Assembly (NCBI GenBank): GCA_034780895.1
Contig: JAUZTB010000068.1
Location: 18,280,409-18,344,408, forward strand
Length of the DNA: 64,000 nt
Direction: 5' to 3'
Source: Rhynchobatus australiae
Taxonomy: Eukaryota
Shown here: in pieces, positions 39,215 to 52,589 of the stretch
How the letters are laid out: each line of letters begins with the position of its first letter
How positions within the stretch are numbered: position 1 is the first letter of the stretch
Position numbers and translations under genes: made by a program
The notes under the pieces: model-generated
Database searches by the model: none
The model's input: the letters and a program-made list of their open reading frames with translations, nothing else
What the model was told of the DNA's origin: nothing

Positions 39215-41314
39215 TGCCCTCAGGTGTGATAGGGGTTAATATAGACAAAGGTAACCCTGTGCTAGGAAAAGGAACACCAGCTGTTGCTGATTGCAGTGCA
39301 GAAACCCTGAACAGATGTGGCATCTGCGTGAATGTCAGGTGATAAATAAAGGATCAGGTTTGATTGTGATGCCTATTAAAACAGTACATAAAGTGCCGGT
39401 ACATTTCCCCACAAAAAATTGTGACTAGTTTTAAAGGATTTCATGACCTGTGAAATGCGGTTATCCAAATCTCCCTCTCTTTTCACTTTAAGAACTCATA
39501 TAAACAAAAGACCAGAGAGAGTGAATTCCATGAAATTATTCACAGCAGGAGACAATGACTCCAGAATGAGTGAGAGGATGCAGGATTGAAGGTGTAAAGA
39601 GGTAGCCAATTAATCCAAGAAATGAACAGAAATGGAGAACTTCACACCAATTTTCAATGAACATGCTCTCAAAGTTCCTATATGAAAAGCTTTGAAGCCT
39701 TCTGCCAATTCTTCATTCCAATCCTATCCAAATCATTTACAATCAACCTGCTGACCTACCCTATTTCAATGACAAAATAAGAACAAACATACACACACAA
39801 TGGTTGGATTTATCATTTTGTGAAGAATTAAAAGAAACCTGAAATGATTTTGCAAGTTCTTGTCAGAGTCAGGAACCTCACCAGTTCTCACACCAGCAAG
39901 AGACCACTTGGCCCATTGTGGCTGTGTTGATTCTTTAAGAAACTATCCTGTTAGTTCAACTCCCTCCCCTGGATTTTATTTTCTTCCCAAGTATACATCC
40001 AATTCCTAGTGTATAGTCAGAAAATTCCACTGCTCTCCCTGCTCAGCTGAAACGCTTTTAATTTACTCTGAGATAAAATTAGAAGCAATAATTGAAAGAC
40101 ATAGCTTCTATATTGTGTGCCAGTGCTGAACATTACTGTCTCTGTTTTAAGGCTGCTCACCTTCCAATGATTGTCTTATGGAAATTAATTACTGCTAATA
40201 AAAAAATTCAAAATTCATTCCTGAACTTTGGTGACCAGAATTTTTAAGAAGTTTCTTTCTGATCTGAATCAGAAATCAATAAGATCATTTCAGTGTGCAA
40301 TGTTTTGTAATTTCCATTTTGATTCACAAGTGTACATCATGATCTTGAATTTAATTGCCAATAGTTGAGAAAAATATTTTATTAGACTTATTTGAACACT
40401 TAAATGTGACAAAAATGGAGAAAGAGACAAATGAGGAAAGTTTGGTGTTCATCTTACTGTTTCTTTTATGAGCTGAGGATCCTGTATAATTTTGGGGTAC
40501 ATTTCTAACAATTCCAGATGCCCTTTATATCTCCTATCTATGTAGCCACTGCTGAGATTATATGGAGAGCATTATTAGATTATTTTGTGTACTAGAGCCA
40601 GACCTCACCTTCACCTGATGTCCAAACAAGTGTATTTTTTCCTGAAGGTGTCACTGGACAGTGATCAGGACCAGGAACTTTATTTAACCTTTACTTCTTC
40701 CTTCTTAGAGCTGCTGAGGTCAAATTTAGTATCCTGGCAGTCAAAAAATGGCATAAGCTAAATCTGCAATCGGTTAGGGGCCTGATGAATTGATCCCTAT
40801 ATCCCAAGAAGGAATTTTATAGAAAAATTACATTCTTTCTTGGCAGGTTGCTATATAGAAGCTTTTATAGAAGGACCACTGTCACCCCAAATGGATTTTT
40901 CAACATGTGATTACAGAAATTTGCAACACAACTTCCTTAGAACTTGTGGAAAGCTGTAGAATTCTTGCCTCACAGCCAAAAATAATACATCTTGTTCCAA
41001 AGAAATCCAAATAGAGCTCTCCAGCACAGAACTCCTGCTTCATTGAAATTCCATTTATTAGGAATTCACCTTTCCATTCACTGCTCCAAAGCAGTAGGGG
41101 AAATTGCTCTTAAATCACTTGCTGTCAGACCAACCCATAGAAACCAGTGCACTGAACTTCAAAAATAAAGCATTTGTTTGATAGCCGGCAATAAGACCTC
41201 TACTGGGAAATCCCTTGGCACTTACTGACTGACGTATCCTAACACGTCATCTTTTGAACCTTTTGAAATGAGCACTTGACATGCTTTTGTCATGGGTCAT
41301 AGTGAGAAAGAAAG

Positions 41315-41640
41315 GGTTTTATTAAGTAATGCATTTCACATCCCTTTCAGGACATCCCAAATTTTTTACAGCTAATTATGTACTTCTGAGGTGCAGTCAT
41401 TGTAGCAATGTAAAAAAAATGTGGCAGTCAATCACCAGACCACAAGCCATCACAAGAAATAATAATATTATGACTAAATAATCTGTTTGGCAAAGTTGAT
41501 TAAAGGATTAGTATTGAGAAGCCACCAAGGTAACTTCCCTGCTCTTCTTCATGGCACCTTTAATGTTCAGCCAAGAGAGTGGGCAAAGCAACATGATAAC
41601 ACATCATCTGAAAGATGACACTTCCAAAACTGCAGTACCC
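41315..41640 (-). mobile_element. Deu-domain SINE
   Basis: caggacatcccaaa..gtgcagtcattgtagcaatgt..aacttccctgctcttctt..catctgaaagatgacacttcc; runs into a gap. Confidence 0.7.
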
Positions 41641-42654
41641 NNNNNNNNNNNNNNNNNNNNNNNNNNNNNNNNNNNNNNNNNNNNNNNNNNNNNNNNNNNN
41701 NNNNNNNNNNNNNNNNNNNNNNNNNNNNNNNNNNNNNNNNGTTCCAGATTCCAGCATCAGCAATCTCTTTTGTATCCATATTTCTAGCACTTCCTGTTTT
41801 AGTTCTAATTCCCAGCAACTGCAATATCTACCTGTAACTGGTTATGCTTGGAAATGTAGTGTTGGTGGTCATGTAGTAAAGATATTTCTGCAGGCTTTGT
41901 TGAAAACCTCCTGGATATACCCCCTTGGCATGAAGCAACAGTGATATATTCAAGTTAGAATGGTATATGTTTTGGAGGGGTCTTGGAATAACCTGGAGGT
42001 GACAGAATTCCCATCCACCCATTAACTTTGTGCATGTAGGTAGCCAAGTTCTTTTTTTGTAAGTGACTATCGGAACTTCTCCAGATTCTGGTGAAATGCT
42101 TAAGCTGGTGATCTATTCCTAAATGTTGCATCCCCTTCTGGCATAGGGAGTGCTTTGTGGTAACCCCAGCAATACTATTAATTCTGTATACCTTTCACTC
42201 AGTCTGGGATTTTACTAACAACAAGTTGCCTTCTTTTCATACAATAACATTGAGAAACCAAACAAATTTTACAACCAGTCAGCTTTGAACTATTCAAGCT
42301 GATGTGGAACATTGCAGGCAGTAATTGGTGCAAGTGGTCAGTGAACTAGTTTCTCTTTAACAAAAATGTAGCTCCACAAACTGAGACAGGCACATTCTGC
42401 TTTCGGTCAAACTTGCATATTTGAGTTTACTGTAAGTGAATTTGCTCTAAGTTCTATGCTCAAGCGACACCATAATCATGGTAAGGATATGTCCTTCCAT
42501 TGTATCTCGCACAAAATCATAACAACTTCCTTGATTTTTTTAAAATTTTGCTCATGATATTACATATGTATTTCCATGTCACTTGCATTATCATTGGCCA
42601 ACTATGGCAAATGGACATCTCTCCCAAATTGAATTTACAAGCTTAGCCTCCATG

Positions 42655-43010
42655 CACAACAAACTTCTTCTTTAAATGGCCACTTTAATATTGTAGCATG
42701 TGTCAAGGCGTTTCACAAATGGCATCAAACTCTAAAAGAAGGCAATAAGTCAGAGGACACAAACCTTTGTATAAAGGTTAAAGTTAAGGACCGTCTTTAA
42801 GGAGGAGAGAAGTGAATTCTACAGCTTAGATCTAAATAGATGGAAGCATAGCTGCCAATGATGGAAAAAAGGTTTCGGAACATACAAGAGGCCAAAACTA
42901 TACAAAAGCAGAATACATGGAATATTATGGATTGGATGAAGTTATAGAGATAGTGGGGGAAAGGCCATGGAATTCTACAGAAGAATTTTAAATTCCATGT
43001 GTTGGTGGAC
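42655..43010 (-). mobile_element. L2 LINE 3' end
   Basis: Reversed L2-type end acaacaaactt..caaggcgtttcaca and ttaaggaccgtctttaaggaggagaga. Confidence 0.6.
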
Positions 43011-44749
43011 TGAGTTTTATTTACTGCACTCAAAGTTTTACTTCCATACTGGTATTGTCTGAAATCTAGACAATCTTTTGTTGTGTTCTAAATCAGTTCA
43101 AATCATTTTATACATTCCTTTTTTACTTCTCTCTCTGTGCAGGAGAGTTATAATGGTAGGAACAGCATTGTGAAGTCAAGGACTAAGAATGGGAAATAAA
43201 GTCCAACNNNNNNNNNNNNNNNNNNNNNNNNNNNNNNNNNNNNNNNNNNNNNNNNNNNNNNNNNNNNNNNNNNNNNNNNNNNNNNNNNNNNNNNNNNNNN
43301 NNNNNNNTCAAGGACTAAGAATGGGAAATAAAGTCCAACAGGGTGTAAATAGGATGGTGTCCCTAATTTGATCAGAATGCAACCATCTTCATTGTTAAAA
43401 TAACCTCCAAGGCTTCACTCAGGGACAAATGCCAATTAATGTGTCAGTAATCATTCTGACAAAAAAAAACAGAAATATTGTTCTTAAGTAATTCAAAAGC
43501 TTTATGCCGTAACATGAAGAACAGTCAACTTCATAAACTGATCCAAACGTAGCTTGAAGCAGAGAATTCCACTGTACCATCCATTTTCATTCCTTCCTCT
43601 AATATAGAAGCTTGGTCCAAGCATAATATTTAAATACAAAATCCTGCACTGGGCAGGATTTACCCAATCAATTGTTCTGTACATCTGCAGGCAAAGGATA
43701 ATCAACTGAAGCACTTTTAAGACTGCAACATACTATAGAAACCTATAGGCCTCTAACTAAATCTGGTTTTGTCCTATATTTCCATCCCTTTATTGATCTG
43801 GCTGACACAAAATGGATAAATATGTGAATCTAGCATAACATTTGAGAATTGCTTGTTTTTATCTGGAGATTATACAAATCACAATCTAGGCATTGCATAT
43901 ATTAGCAAAGTAGACATGCTTTTATAAGGATTTCTGTAATGCAAATTGATTTCTCTAAATTTGTGAAATATTAATTACAATTAGCAATGAGTAAGACCTA
44001 ACCCTGCCAGCCCCCCATCCTGTTCCCCCACATTGCCCTCTGTATTCATGCATTAGTAAGAGTGGGCTCCATTAAAGGGCTCAACCTTTGTCTATTCTGT
44101 TGAGAATTGTAAGGTTTCGATCGATCACAAATGGAACAATTGGATCAGTCAGAAGGTCTGCAATGATTTCAAATATAGCTGCTGAAAGAAACTGTCACAA
44201 GAAGGAAACTATTTTCCAAGGAGTAAAATCAAAATTTAAAAGCATTCATTCAACTCTAAGATGGCAATGAAACAGTTAATCAATGCTAATCAGGCCAATG
44301 AGGATCACTCCATTTGGTTAACACTCCCACTGTTAATGGAAGGTAATAGGCTGTTATCTCATGACTATTAAGCAGAAGGGCAAAGGAAACTTGATGAGTC
44401 AGATCGGATTTAACTAAATAAAGTAACTGAATGTGGATGATGTTCACTCACACTAGTGAGGTCTTTTCCTCTCAGCAAAATTTTTTCCCGTAAGATTAGT
44501 TTGAAGTTTTGTCAATCTATTTGAACCTTCACTTAGTTTGGAACACCATTTCATCTCCGTCTCTAAAACTGCTTGTGTCTGCCTCTGCTTTGTTACCCGT
44601 GTCTGCCAATGTTCTTAATCCCTTTGCTGCCGAATTTCTTTCAGCTGCCTTTTTCACCACAAGATTCATCAACTCCAAGATTCATCTGCTCCATAAACTT
44701 CAATAAAGCCTCATTGGGTCATCCAGTCCCAATACTTGTAGGTTAAATT

Positions 44750-46055
44750 AGAGTCATAGAGTGAAACAGCATGGAAATGGGCCCTTTGACCTAATGAGAG
44801 TATGCTGACCATAGACCACATTTACTCTAATCCTATATCAATTCCATTTCATTTTCCTTCATATCAACCCCTCCAGATTCCACACTGACCTGCCCAATAG
44901 GGACAACATACATTTGCCAATTAATCTACCAACCTGCATGTCCTGGGAGGAAACCAGAGCACCCTGGGGAAACCTACACTGAGAATCAGGTGGTTGGTCA
45001 TTTATCTCAGCCTCAGGACATTTCTGTGGGAGTTCCTCAGGGTAGTGTCAGAGGCCCAACCATCTTCAGCTGTTTCATCAATGATCTTTGTTCATTTGTA
45101 AGGTCAGAAGTAGAGATATTTGCTGATGACTGCACAATGTTCAGCACCATCCATGACTCCTCAGATGATGAAGCAGTCCACATCCATATGCAGCAAGACC
45201 TGGACAATATAGACGCCTGGGCTGATAGGTGGCAAGCAACATTTACACCAGACAATGATATCTAACAAGAGAAAATCCACCTATCACCCCCTGACATTCA
45301 GTGGCATTTTCATCACTGAATCCCCCACTATCAATATCCTGAGGGTTACCATTCACAAGAAGCTGAACTGAAGTAGCCATAGACACAATATGGCCACAAG
45401 AAGGCATCAGAGACTCGGAATCCTGCAGCAAGTAATTCACCTCCTAATTCCCCAAAGTCTGTCTACCATCAACAAGGGTCAAGTCAGGAGTGTGATGGAA
45501 TACTCACCACTGGCTTGGATGAGTGTAGCTTTACATCGCTCAAAAAGCTTGACACCATAGAGGCCCACTTGATAGGCCTCCCATTCACTCACTCTACCAC
45601 CAACGCACTTTAGCAGTAATTTGAACTGTCTGCAGGATGCACTGCAGCAACTCACCAAGACTCCTTATAGACAGCACCTTCCAAACCCATGGCCTCTACC
45701 AGCTAGAAGGACAAGGACAACAATAGCATGGGGACACCACCGGCTGGAAGTTGCCCTCCAAACCACACATCATCTCGAGTTGGAAATAGGTTTCTGTCCC
45801 TTCACTGTCACTGGGTTATAATCCTGGAGCTCTCTCCTTAATGACATTATGGGCATACCCACACCTCAGGGACTGTAGTGTTCAAGAAGGCAGCTCGCCA
45901 CCACCTTCCCAAGGGCAATTAGTTATGGACAATTAAATGCTGGCTCATCCTGTGAGTCTCACATCACCTGAATGAATAAAACAAACTCTGCACAGGCAGC
46001 ACTGGCAGTCAGGATCAAATCCAGGGCAGCAACTCTACTTATGGTGCCACCGTGC
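44750..46055 (-). mobile_element. V-domain SINE with CR1-type tail, split by a LINE (44750-44986 + 45981-46055)
   Basis: Left part ends ggggaaacctacactgagaat, right part resumes acaaactctgcacaggcagcac; these are contiguous in the intact copy at ~18210-18260. Confidence 0.8.
44987..45980 (+). mobile_element. 5'-truncated CR1/L2-group LINE (second family)
   Basis: GVPQGSVRGPTIFSCFINDL..EIFADDC..MQQDLDNIDAWADRWQ; 3' end gggcaattag..aaatgctggc..gaatgaataaa. Reversed fragments of the same family at ~41935-42015 and 56005-56130. Confidence 0.9.
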
Positions 46056-48660
46056 TTTTCTCTCAATCCTACCATGGTCTTTCTGCAAACAACCTTCACA
46101 ATCTCTTATAAGCTCTGCTTCAATTCATTTTTCCTTTGAAGTTAAACCCTTGAACAAAACCAGTACCATTCACTTCACCCTACCATCCCTGGTGATTCTT
46201 TAGTTTCCTTGGTCCTACTCTGTTATTCCTTCCCTAGACCTATCTATGCCTCTGCTACCTTTTCTCTTTTCAAAATCCTTCTCTTCTGATTTTATTCAAC
46301 TTTTTTTTGGCTTGTATCCATTCTCTACATTTCCTGTGATGTACGTGGAAGACCCTTGCCATAAAGGTGTTTGGGGATAAGTCGCAGAACATTATTTTAG
46401 CCTTGTAGGCTTTTGTTTTCCTTGGAAATATAATAGGCTATCACAGAGGAATAATATATCCTTTGACATCAAGAGTTCGGGAGGGGTTATGATGGAGTGT
46501 TTATTGATCATTTATAATGTAGATCATGCTTTATGGAGATAGCTGAGTATCTTACTCAGATTGATATGAATTGTTTTTTTCAAACCAATGTATGCAACAT
46601 TGTGCAGTGATAAGGATTATAACGATTTTAATGTGACTGCAGTCAAGCACTAACAAAATATAAATAAAAAGATAAGATTGCCAACAGTAATTAGTGGAAA
46701 AGAGTCACTGGTTTGAAGCACAGGGAGGAAGGGTAACTGGAATAAGCAAGAATAAAAAATTCATGAGTAAATTGTGGTCAGTCACACCAGTGGAAATAAA
46801 AATTTCACGGTAAGTAATATTTCATTTAGCTGCACTTGCTGTGCTGTTACAGATTTCAAGATCAGTTCACATTTTAAGACAGAGAATGTGCCATGAATCA
46901 TGGAGCATTAGTTCTGAGCAACTGAAAAATAGCAACTCTAGAAATGAATGAAGTATTTTCACGACCTGCTAAGCCATGAGTGTCATAATTCAAAATAAAA
47001 CACAAGACAACAAGCTTTAACATTATTTATGGCGCCATTTGGTTTTGATAATGGGAAACTATAGAAGGTATCTAAAGGGAAAATGGATGTACAACCAACT
47101 GAGTGTAAAAGCCAATAAAAGAGATGGCACTGAGGGGTAGGTCTTAAAACACAGAACTGTCACAATATATGTCACCACATAGTTGAATGCCTTTCACACA
47201 TTGGCATTGATCTTGACTGGGGAAACCTATGTAAAAAGAGGGACAGCAGGTCAGAAGTCCTTTCACAGCTCACCTGATTTATATTTCTGTTTGACTTCAA
47301 TGTAAATCAACATCTAGAGAAATATAAACCAGATCTGTTATCGCCACCTTCACTACTGCATAATCATGATCTACGCAACAATGGATGAATTATATTAGCT
47401 GCTGATAGAAGAAGAGACAGATGGAAATAATTTATCAGCCATTAAAAATGTTACTGATGTTTGGGATTCTGGTGTAAATTGTTCTGGTGATGCACTTGTT
47501 AAATGCTCTCAATAACATCAGTACCTGAGTGGTTATTCTGGCAGGCAAATGTTGTGGTGATATTGAGCCAGGAGCTCTGATTACTTGCAGAATTCATTCA
47601 TCTATTTTTACTCCCAAGTTATCTTTTGCTACTGTGCATGTATGTGCGTGTATATTTTATATGTGTACATACATGAATTAACATAATTAGAAAATGACAG
47701 GTTGTGCAGTATTGAATGAAAGTAATACTGATCTGAAATGCACTAATTAACAATACAAAGTATTTTATGAACAGATATTTGAATATATTTGCAATGCATG
47801 TTTCAGGTAGACACGGTATAGGCCTGCTTTCAACAAGTTAGCAATAAATTCAGTCCAGCTCCAAGCATTGAATCCTTTCTTCTATTCCTTTTTGGCAAGG
47901 AAATGATTGTCAGCACTCCTCTGGAGAGATGTGTGGATAATATTTTCTTCCGTTTGGCCTCTTTCAATAAAGGGAACATTTTCCTCTAGACAAGCCTCTC
48001 CCATCAGGAGAACAAGTGAGGAAACAACCTGCTGCCCAATGTTTGCTTCACCTAATAGATCACAATGTCAAGATAGTTGGTGAGGGGGTGAGAACCTCTA
48101 AAGATCACCTGTAAACTATAGCTGTTTGATAAGTATTCTTTAGATTAAAGTGGCATTCAACATCAAAAGGTAACACTTCCACACAATCTGTAGAAATGAA
48201 AGAAAGTGAATAAGATTTCTTCATATGTTCACTTTTAATGCTGATCTATGATTGTATGGCAGAGTCCTCATCCAGCGGAGTAAATGGTGTGGGACAATCA
48301 GAAATAAGCTTAGATTGGTCTTTTCACTGGAGGCTCTTGACTTATTGCCATGAAAATCTGGCCTGATGGTTGAACCATTAGGTGACTAACAAGACTGGCA
48401 AAGATAAGCATCTCCCTTGCCTCTGAATTGAAACATTTCATTCAAGAATATGAAAGGAATAGCTTAATTTTGGTTAGGATAACAGATAAGTATAGATTTC
48501 AGGTGAATCAAGCTACTTGATTGTAAAAAAAATCCAATTAACAAGGACTGTTAGTAAGTAGGTGAAGAGGGCAGGGATGAGAAAAAAGAAATATGCTGGC
48601 AATTAAGATCAATGTATTTAGAAATGTAAGATATACAAAAGAATTGGGCTGCAGTACATG

Positions 48661-48663
<3 letters not shown>

Positions 48664-48717
<54 letters not shown>

Positions 48718-48748
48718 TGTGTGTGTGCGCGCGCGCATGTGTGTGTGT
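48664..48748. repeat. (TG)n/(CG)n microsatellite
   Basis: Directly visible alternating purine-pyrimidine tract. Confidence 0.95.
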
Positions 48749-49397
48749 TGGAGCTGCTCATGCTTGCAGAGTAGCGTCACAGATAGCATCAAAGTTTCTG
48801 TGCTGCAGGAAGAAGCATCAACGGTGCATACTTAAGTCTGTAACATAAGTCCTCATTTGATAAAAAAGTGTTTTGCACCTCAGAGACTAAGTGAAAGTAT
48901 CAACTTGGGAGAGGAGAAACATGAAAAATTGATGGTGAGAAATGACAGGTACAGTTAAGGGAAGTCAAAGCTTTAAGATTCAAAAAGGAAATGTGTTATC
49001 AACAGGGTTCTAATAATCTGTGTATAAAATGCTTTTTGAGCGTTTANNNNNNNNNNNNNNNNNNNNNNNNNNNNNNNNNNNNNNNNNNNNNNNNNNNNNN
49101 NNNNNNNNNNNNNNNNNNNNNNNNNNNNNNNNNNNNNNNNNNNNNNGAGCCTTTATGTTATGCTTCTGATTTTCACCGCCAATGATAATTAGTTAATTTT
49201 TAATCTCAAAAATTTATTTATTCCTTGCTTTCCCTTCCTCGAGTTAAAAATGTAAATGTTTCAGTGGGTTCCACTGAATCCCCAATACCCCATCCAATAA
49301 CCACTCTCCATATATCAGCCTATCAAATTGTTTCTTCAAAGGCTTTTTATTACCACAGAGAGTATCCTAAATTAATTTACCCTTGTTCTCATCTTAC

Positions 49398-49692
49398 ATT
49401 GGTTTATTATTGTCACATGTACCAAGGTGCAGTGAAAAACTTTGTTTTGCATGCCAACCATACAGATCATTTCATCACATCAGTGCCTTAAGGTAGTATG
49501 AGGGAAAGCAATAACAGATTGAAGAATAAAACATTACAGTTACAGAGAAAGTGCAGGCAGACGATAAGGTGCAAGGCCATAACGAGGTAGATTGTGAGGT
49601 CAAGAGTCTACTAGGGGACCATTCAATAGTCTTATACAGTGGGTTAGAAGCTGTCCTTGAACCTGGTGGAACATGTTTTCAGGCTTTTGTAT
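49398..49692 (-). mobile_element. LINE 3' end (Rex1/Babar-like)
   Basis: ttggtttattattgtcacatgtaccaaggtgcagtgaaaaactttgttttgcatgcc..; a shorter copy lies at 54609-54703. Clade assignment is from recall. Confidence 0.6.
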
Positions 49693-49849
49693 GGCATTCT
49701 CCAGCAATGTTATTGCACAGTTAACAGGTCCAAATGCCTTGGCTAATTTTTATTTCTGTTTCCCATGTGCACCATCATATGGACAAAAATAACTGACTGA
49801 ATTAAAATGAGATTCTTGGCTGTCACATGCAGTCATAAAACAAGTCCAG

Positions 49850-51580
49850 CGGTGTACTATATGACCAAGATTCAGAAAACCTTGCTGTTTGCCTCGGAGT
49901 CTTTCAAGGTCATCCTCCAATCCAAAGTCTGCCCCGTGGAGCAGGGTGAACCATGCTCATGCTTCACCTTTCAATGGAGCTCTGCTGGATGAGGACAGCT
50001 CAGCAATGTCTTCATAGATGGACATATTAACAATCTATAAATCCTTCTATGCCATCCTGCATGATTGGAAGGCCACAGACAAACTATCAGCCCACAATTT
50101 GATCAGCATTGTGATCAGTTTGTACTGGTCTTAGGGCAAGAGTTAATCGCATCATTAGTGAGGCCAGGTTCCTTGGCAACTGATCCAAGAGATCCTCTGT
50201 TTCCTTGCCTGGAAGGTGCTGGGAATCTGATTTGGAGAAGCCAGGGTCTGAAGCAATAATTAGCTGGAGCAGAGGTTCGGAATGTGGGAGTGGTGCTTCT
50301 ACTTGATAGTGGACAAGAACATGGTCATCTGGCATAATGTGCCCTCAGTTTTGCTGTATGTGGCAAAGGTGTGGCCAAATGTTGCTCCTGCACCATGGAA
50401 GTCATCCAAGCCAGCTTCCAATCCTCTGGAAATTCAGATTTGATTGTGTGCATAGGGCATGATGTGCATGTCTCCAGTGAAAGGGGCAAAAAATATACTC
50501 AATATTGCCCTCATCAAGTTGGTCACCTTTGTGTGTGGCTGCATCAATGTGTGCCTAGACCCTGGGTACAAAAACACCAAGTGTCATTACATGTTGAAGT
50601 TCTACCTGTCCCCAGTGCCATGAAGAATGGGCCTGGCTTCATTGCCCCGAAACGTTCCATTCAGATGGACTATGCTGTATCACCAGCTCCCTGTAGGAAG
50701 GTTTCTTTGGAAAAATACCTTTGACCATGTCAATCAAGCGGTGGTCTACATGGACTATTCTGGAGGCTCTGCAGTAGAAGCAGACAGTGGATCTTGTGGG
50801 GTAGCTTCCTGGGCAGATTGTCAAATACATTTGGAAGAACGTTTCATCATCAGAAAACTCAAACAAGCACCAAGATGTCAGATTATTCGTACACTGCTAG
50901 AGTCTCAATCCCATGCTGCCCCGGATATAGCTGGGGTGCAGGTGAGATGATTGTCTATCTCCCTGTGGTCTGACTGTTTGCCAAGAAAGTCTGAAGTGGG
51001 ATGCGATAGTCTTTGTCAATGTTTATCCCAAGCAGCAACATAACACAGCACTCTGCTCTTCCAGCCGCACACCGAGACAAGCGTTGACTGTTGCTGGAAG
51101 GTCATTAACTCAGTGATAGGTGCACTTTGGACTGCCAGAAATTTGCTGGTCTACCAGTGTAGGCAGATGACAGCAACTGACTGCTGCTGACTGACACCTT
51201 CCAAGGTGCAGGGACATATACTGAGGGATGCACTGAAGCTTGGTGCAGCCAACACTAACGCTTTGTGGGGAAACATGACAGACTTGGGTCCTGTTGCCAC
51301 TGGATACTGAGGGACTGGGCTCTGTGTTCTGGTGTCCCAAACATTTCACTGTTGCAGTGTTTAAGGATGAAATATTAGTGATNNNNNNNNNNNNNNNNNN
51401 NNNNNNNNNNNNNNNNNNNNNNNNNNNNNNNNNNNNNNNNNNNNNNNNNNNNNNNNNNNNNNNNNNNNNNNNNNNNNNNNNNAGTGATGTTTACTTATTG
51501 AAAGTAAATGCATTGAATTGCTTGGTATAATGAACATAGTGACATGTACCAATAGTATGTATTAAGAATAAAGTATACAA
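49850..51580 (+). mobile_element. Tx1/L1-clade LINE ORF2 remnant, 5'-truncated
   Basis: Frameshifted but recognisable: KNMVI..SVLLYVAKVWP; TFVCGCI..DPGYKNTKCHYMLKFYLSP; MGLASLPRNVP..KNTFDH; SKVQGHILRDALKLGAA; AATAAA at ~51567. Confidence 0.8.
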
Positions 51581-52589
51581 TGGGAAAAGAAAGAAATCTA
51601 GCCAACATCTGTAGCTTAATACTTGGTGCATTTATCCCTTTATAAAGAGAATGGACAATATTACTTTTAATTTGTGGAAGATTTTCACTTCTGAATACAT
51701 ATTTTGATTTTTGCAATTGCTTCCAACCCTTGGACTATGAAATCAGTCAGTTCAGGTTACAGGCCCACCTAGGAAGTCATCAGATGAGTGGCACCACTCA
51801 TGCAGCAAATAGATTACAGCTGAAGGATCATAACTGTGAGTTACGATTTTCTTTCATTGTCATGAGCAGAATTCTAGCAAAGTCTGACTACAGAACATTC
51901 TAAACCAGATCCAACTTTATTCCTGACTCAGCTCTAGCCACTGCTGCAAGTTGGAATTCAAATTACAAACACCTCCTTCTGAGCCAAAACCTATCGTGTT
52001 TTATGGGATTCTCTCAAACTACCACCTGGAATTTGGGGCAAAATACTCCAATAGGCAGCACTTCAGACAGCAGTCAACATAGGGAGCAATGTACTTTAAT
52101 GCTGGACTCTTTTTTTGCAAGAGCGATTTCAGAGGAAAATGATCTCTGTAGCATGTGGTTTTTGCTTGAGATGGAATGTCTCAAACAGCGTTCCTTTCTA
52201 ACCACAGTAAAAGACAGATCGAGGTCTGGCTGTGCATAAGGGCAGCCGCTCAACTCTTTTCTCATGGAAACTAATTGTGTCTGAAAAAGGCATTAGGCAA
52301 TTCTTGATGTTTCATAAAGCCCCGTTGGTCTTTCTAAAACACACAGATATAATCAGGGGGGCAAAGGCTTTTGGTCTGCGTGTGTTTCACATACTTTAGT
52401 AAGTGTTTCTCTCACTGCCTGCTGTTTGAAATTAGAGATGTTTGAGATATGTGACAGTGAGCTGTAGTTTGCAGATAGTGGTAAACTTGGAGCTTATTGT
52501 TCTAAGTGGCACAGGAGTGAGAAGATCTCCATTAGTGTGTGTTCTTTTAAACCATATCTGTTCACTTTGTATTTTTTGTATACCAAACC

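Larger units (their letters stand above)
44510..46370 (+). mobile_element. Old L2 LINE, split by a SINE
   Basis: 44510-44749 encodes SLEHHFISVSKTA..AAEFL..AFFTTR..LHKLQ (cf. L2 SF..HI..ITKTA..AAETLIHAFVTSRL..LHKLQ); the L2-like 3' part resumes at 46056. Confidence 0.6.

Noticed and set aside
39493-39569. Possible 77-bp exon (THINKRPERVNSMKLFTAGDNDSRM) between AG and GT
   Set aside because: No recognisable protein similarity, weak AAG acceptor and no partner exons.
43176-43337. Exact ~32-bp direct repeat (tcaaggactaagaatgggaaataaagtccaac) on both sides of a 100-N gap
   Set aside because: Most simply overlapping contig ends; not a CRISPR-like repeat, and a target-site duplication cannot be shown.
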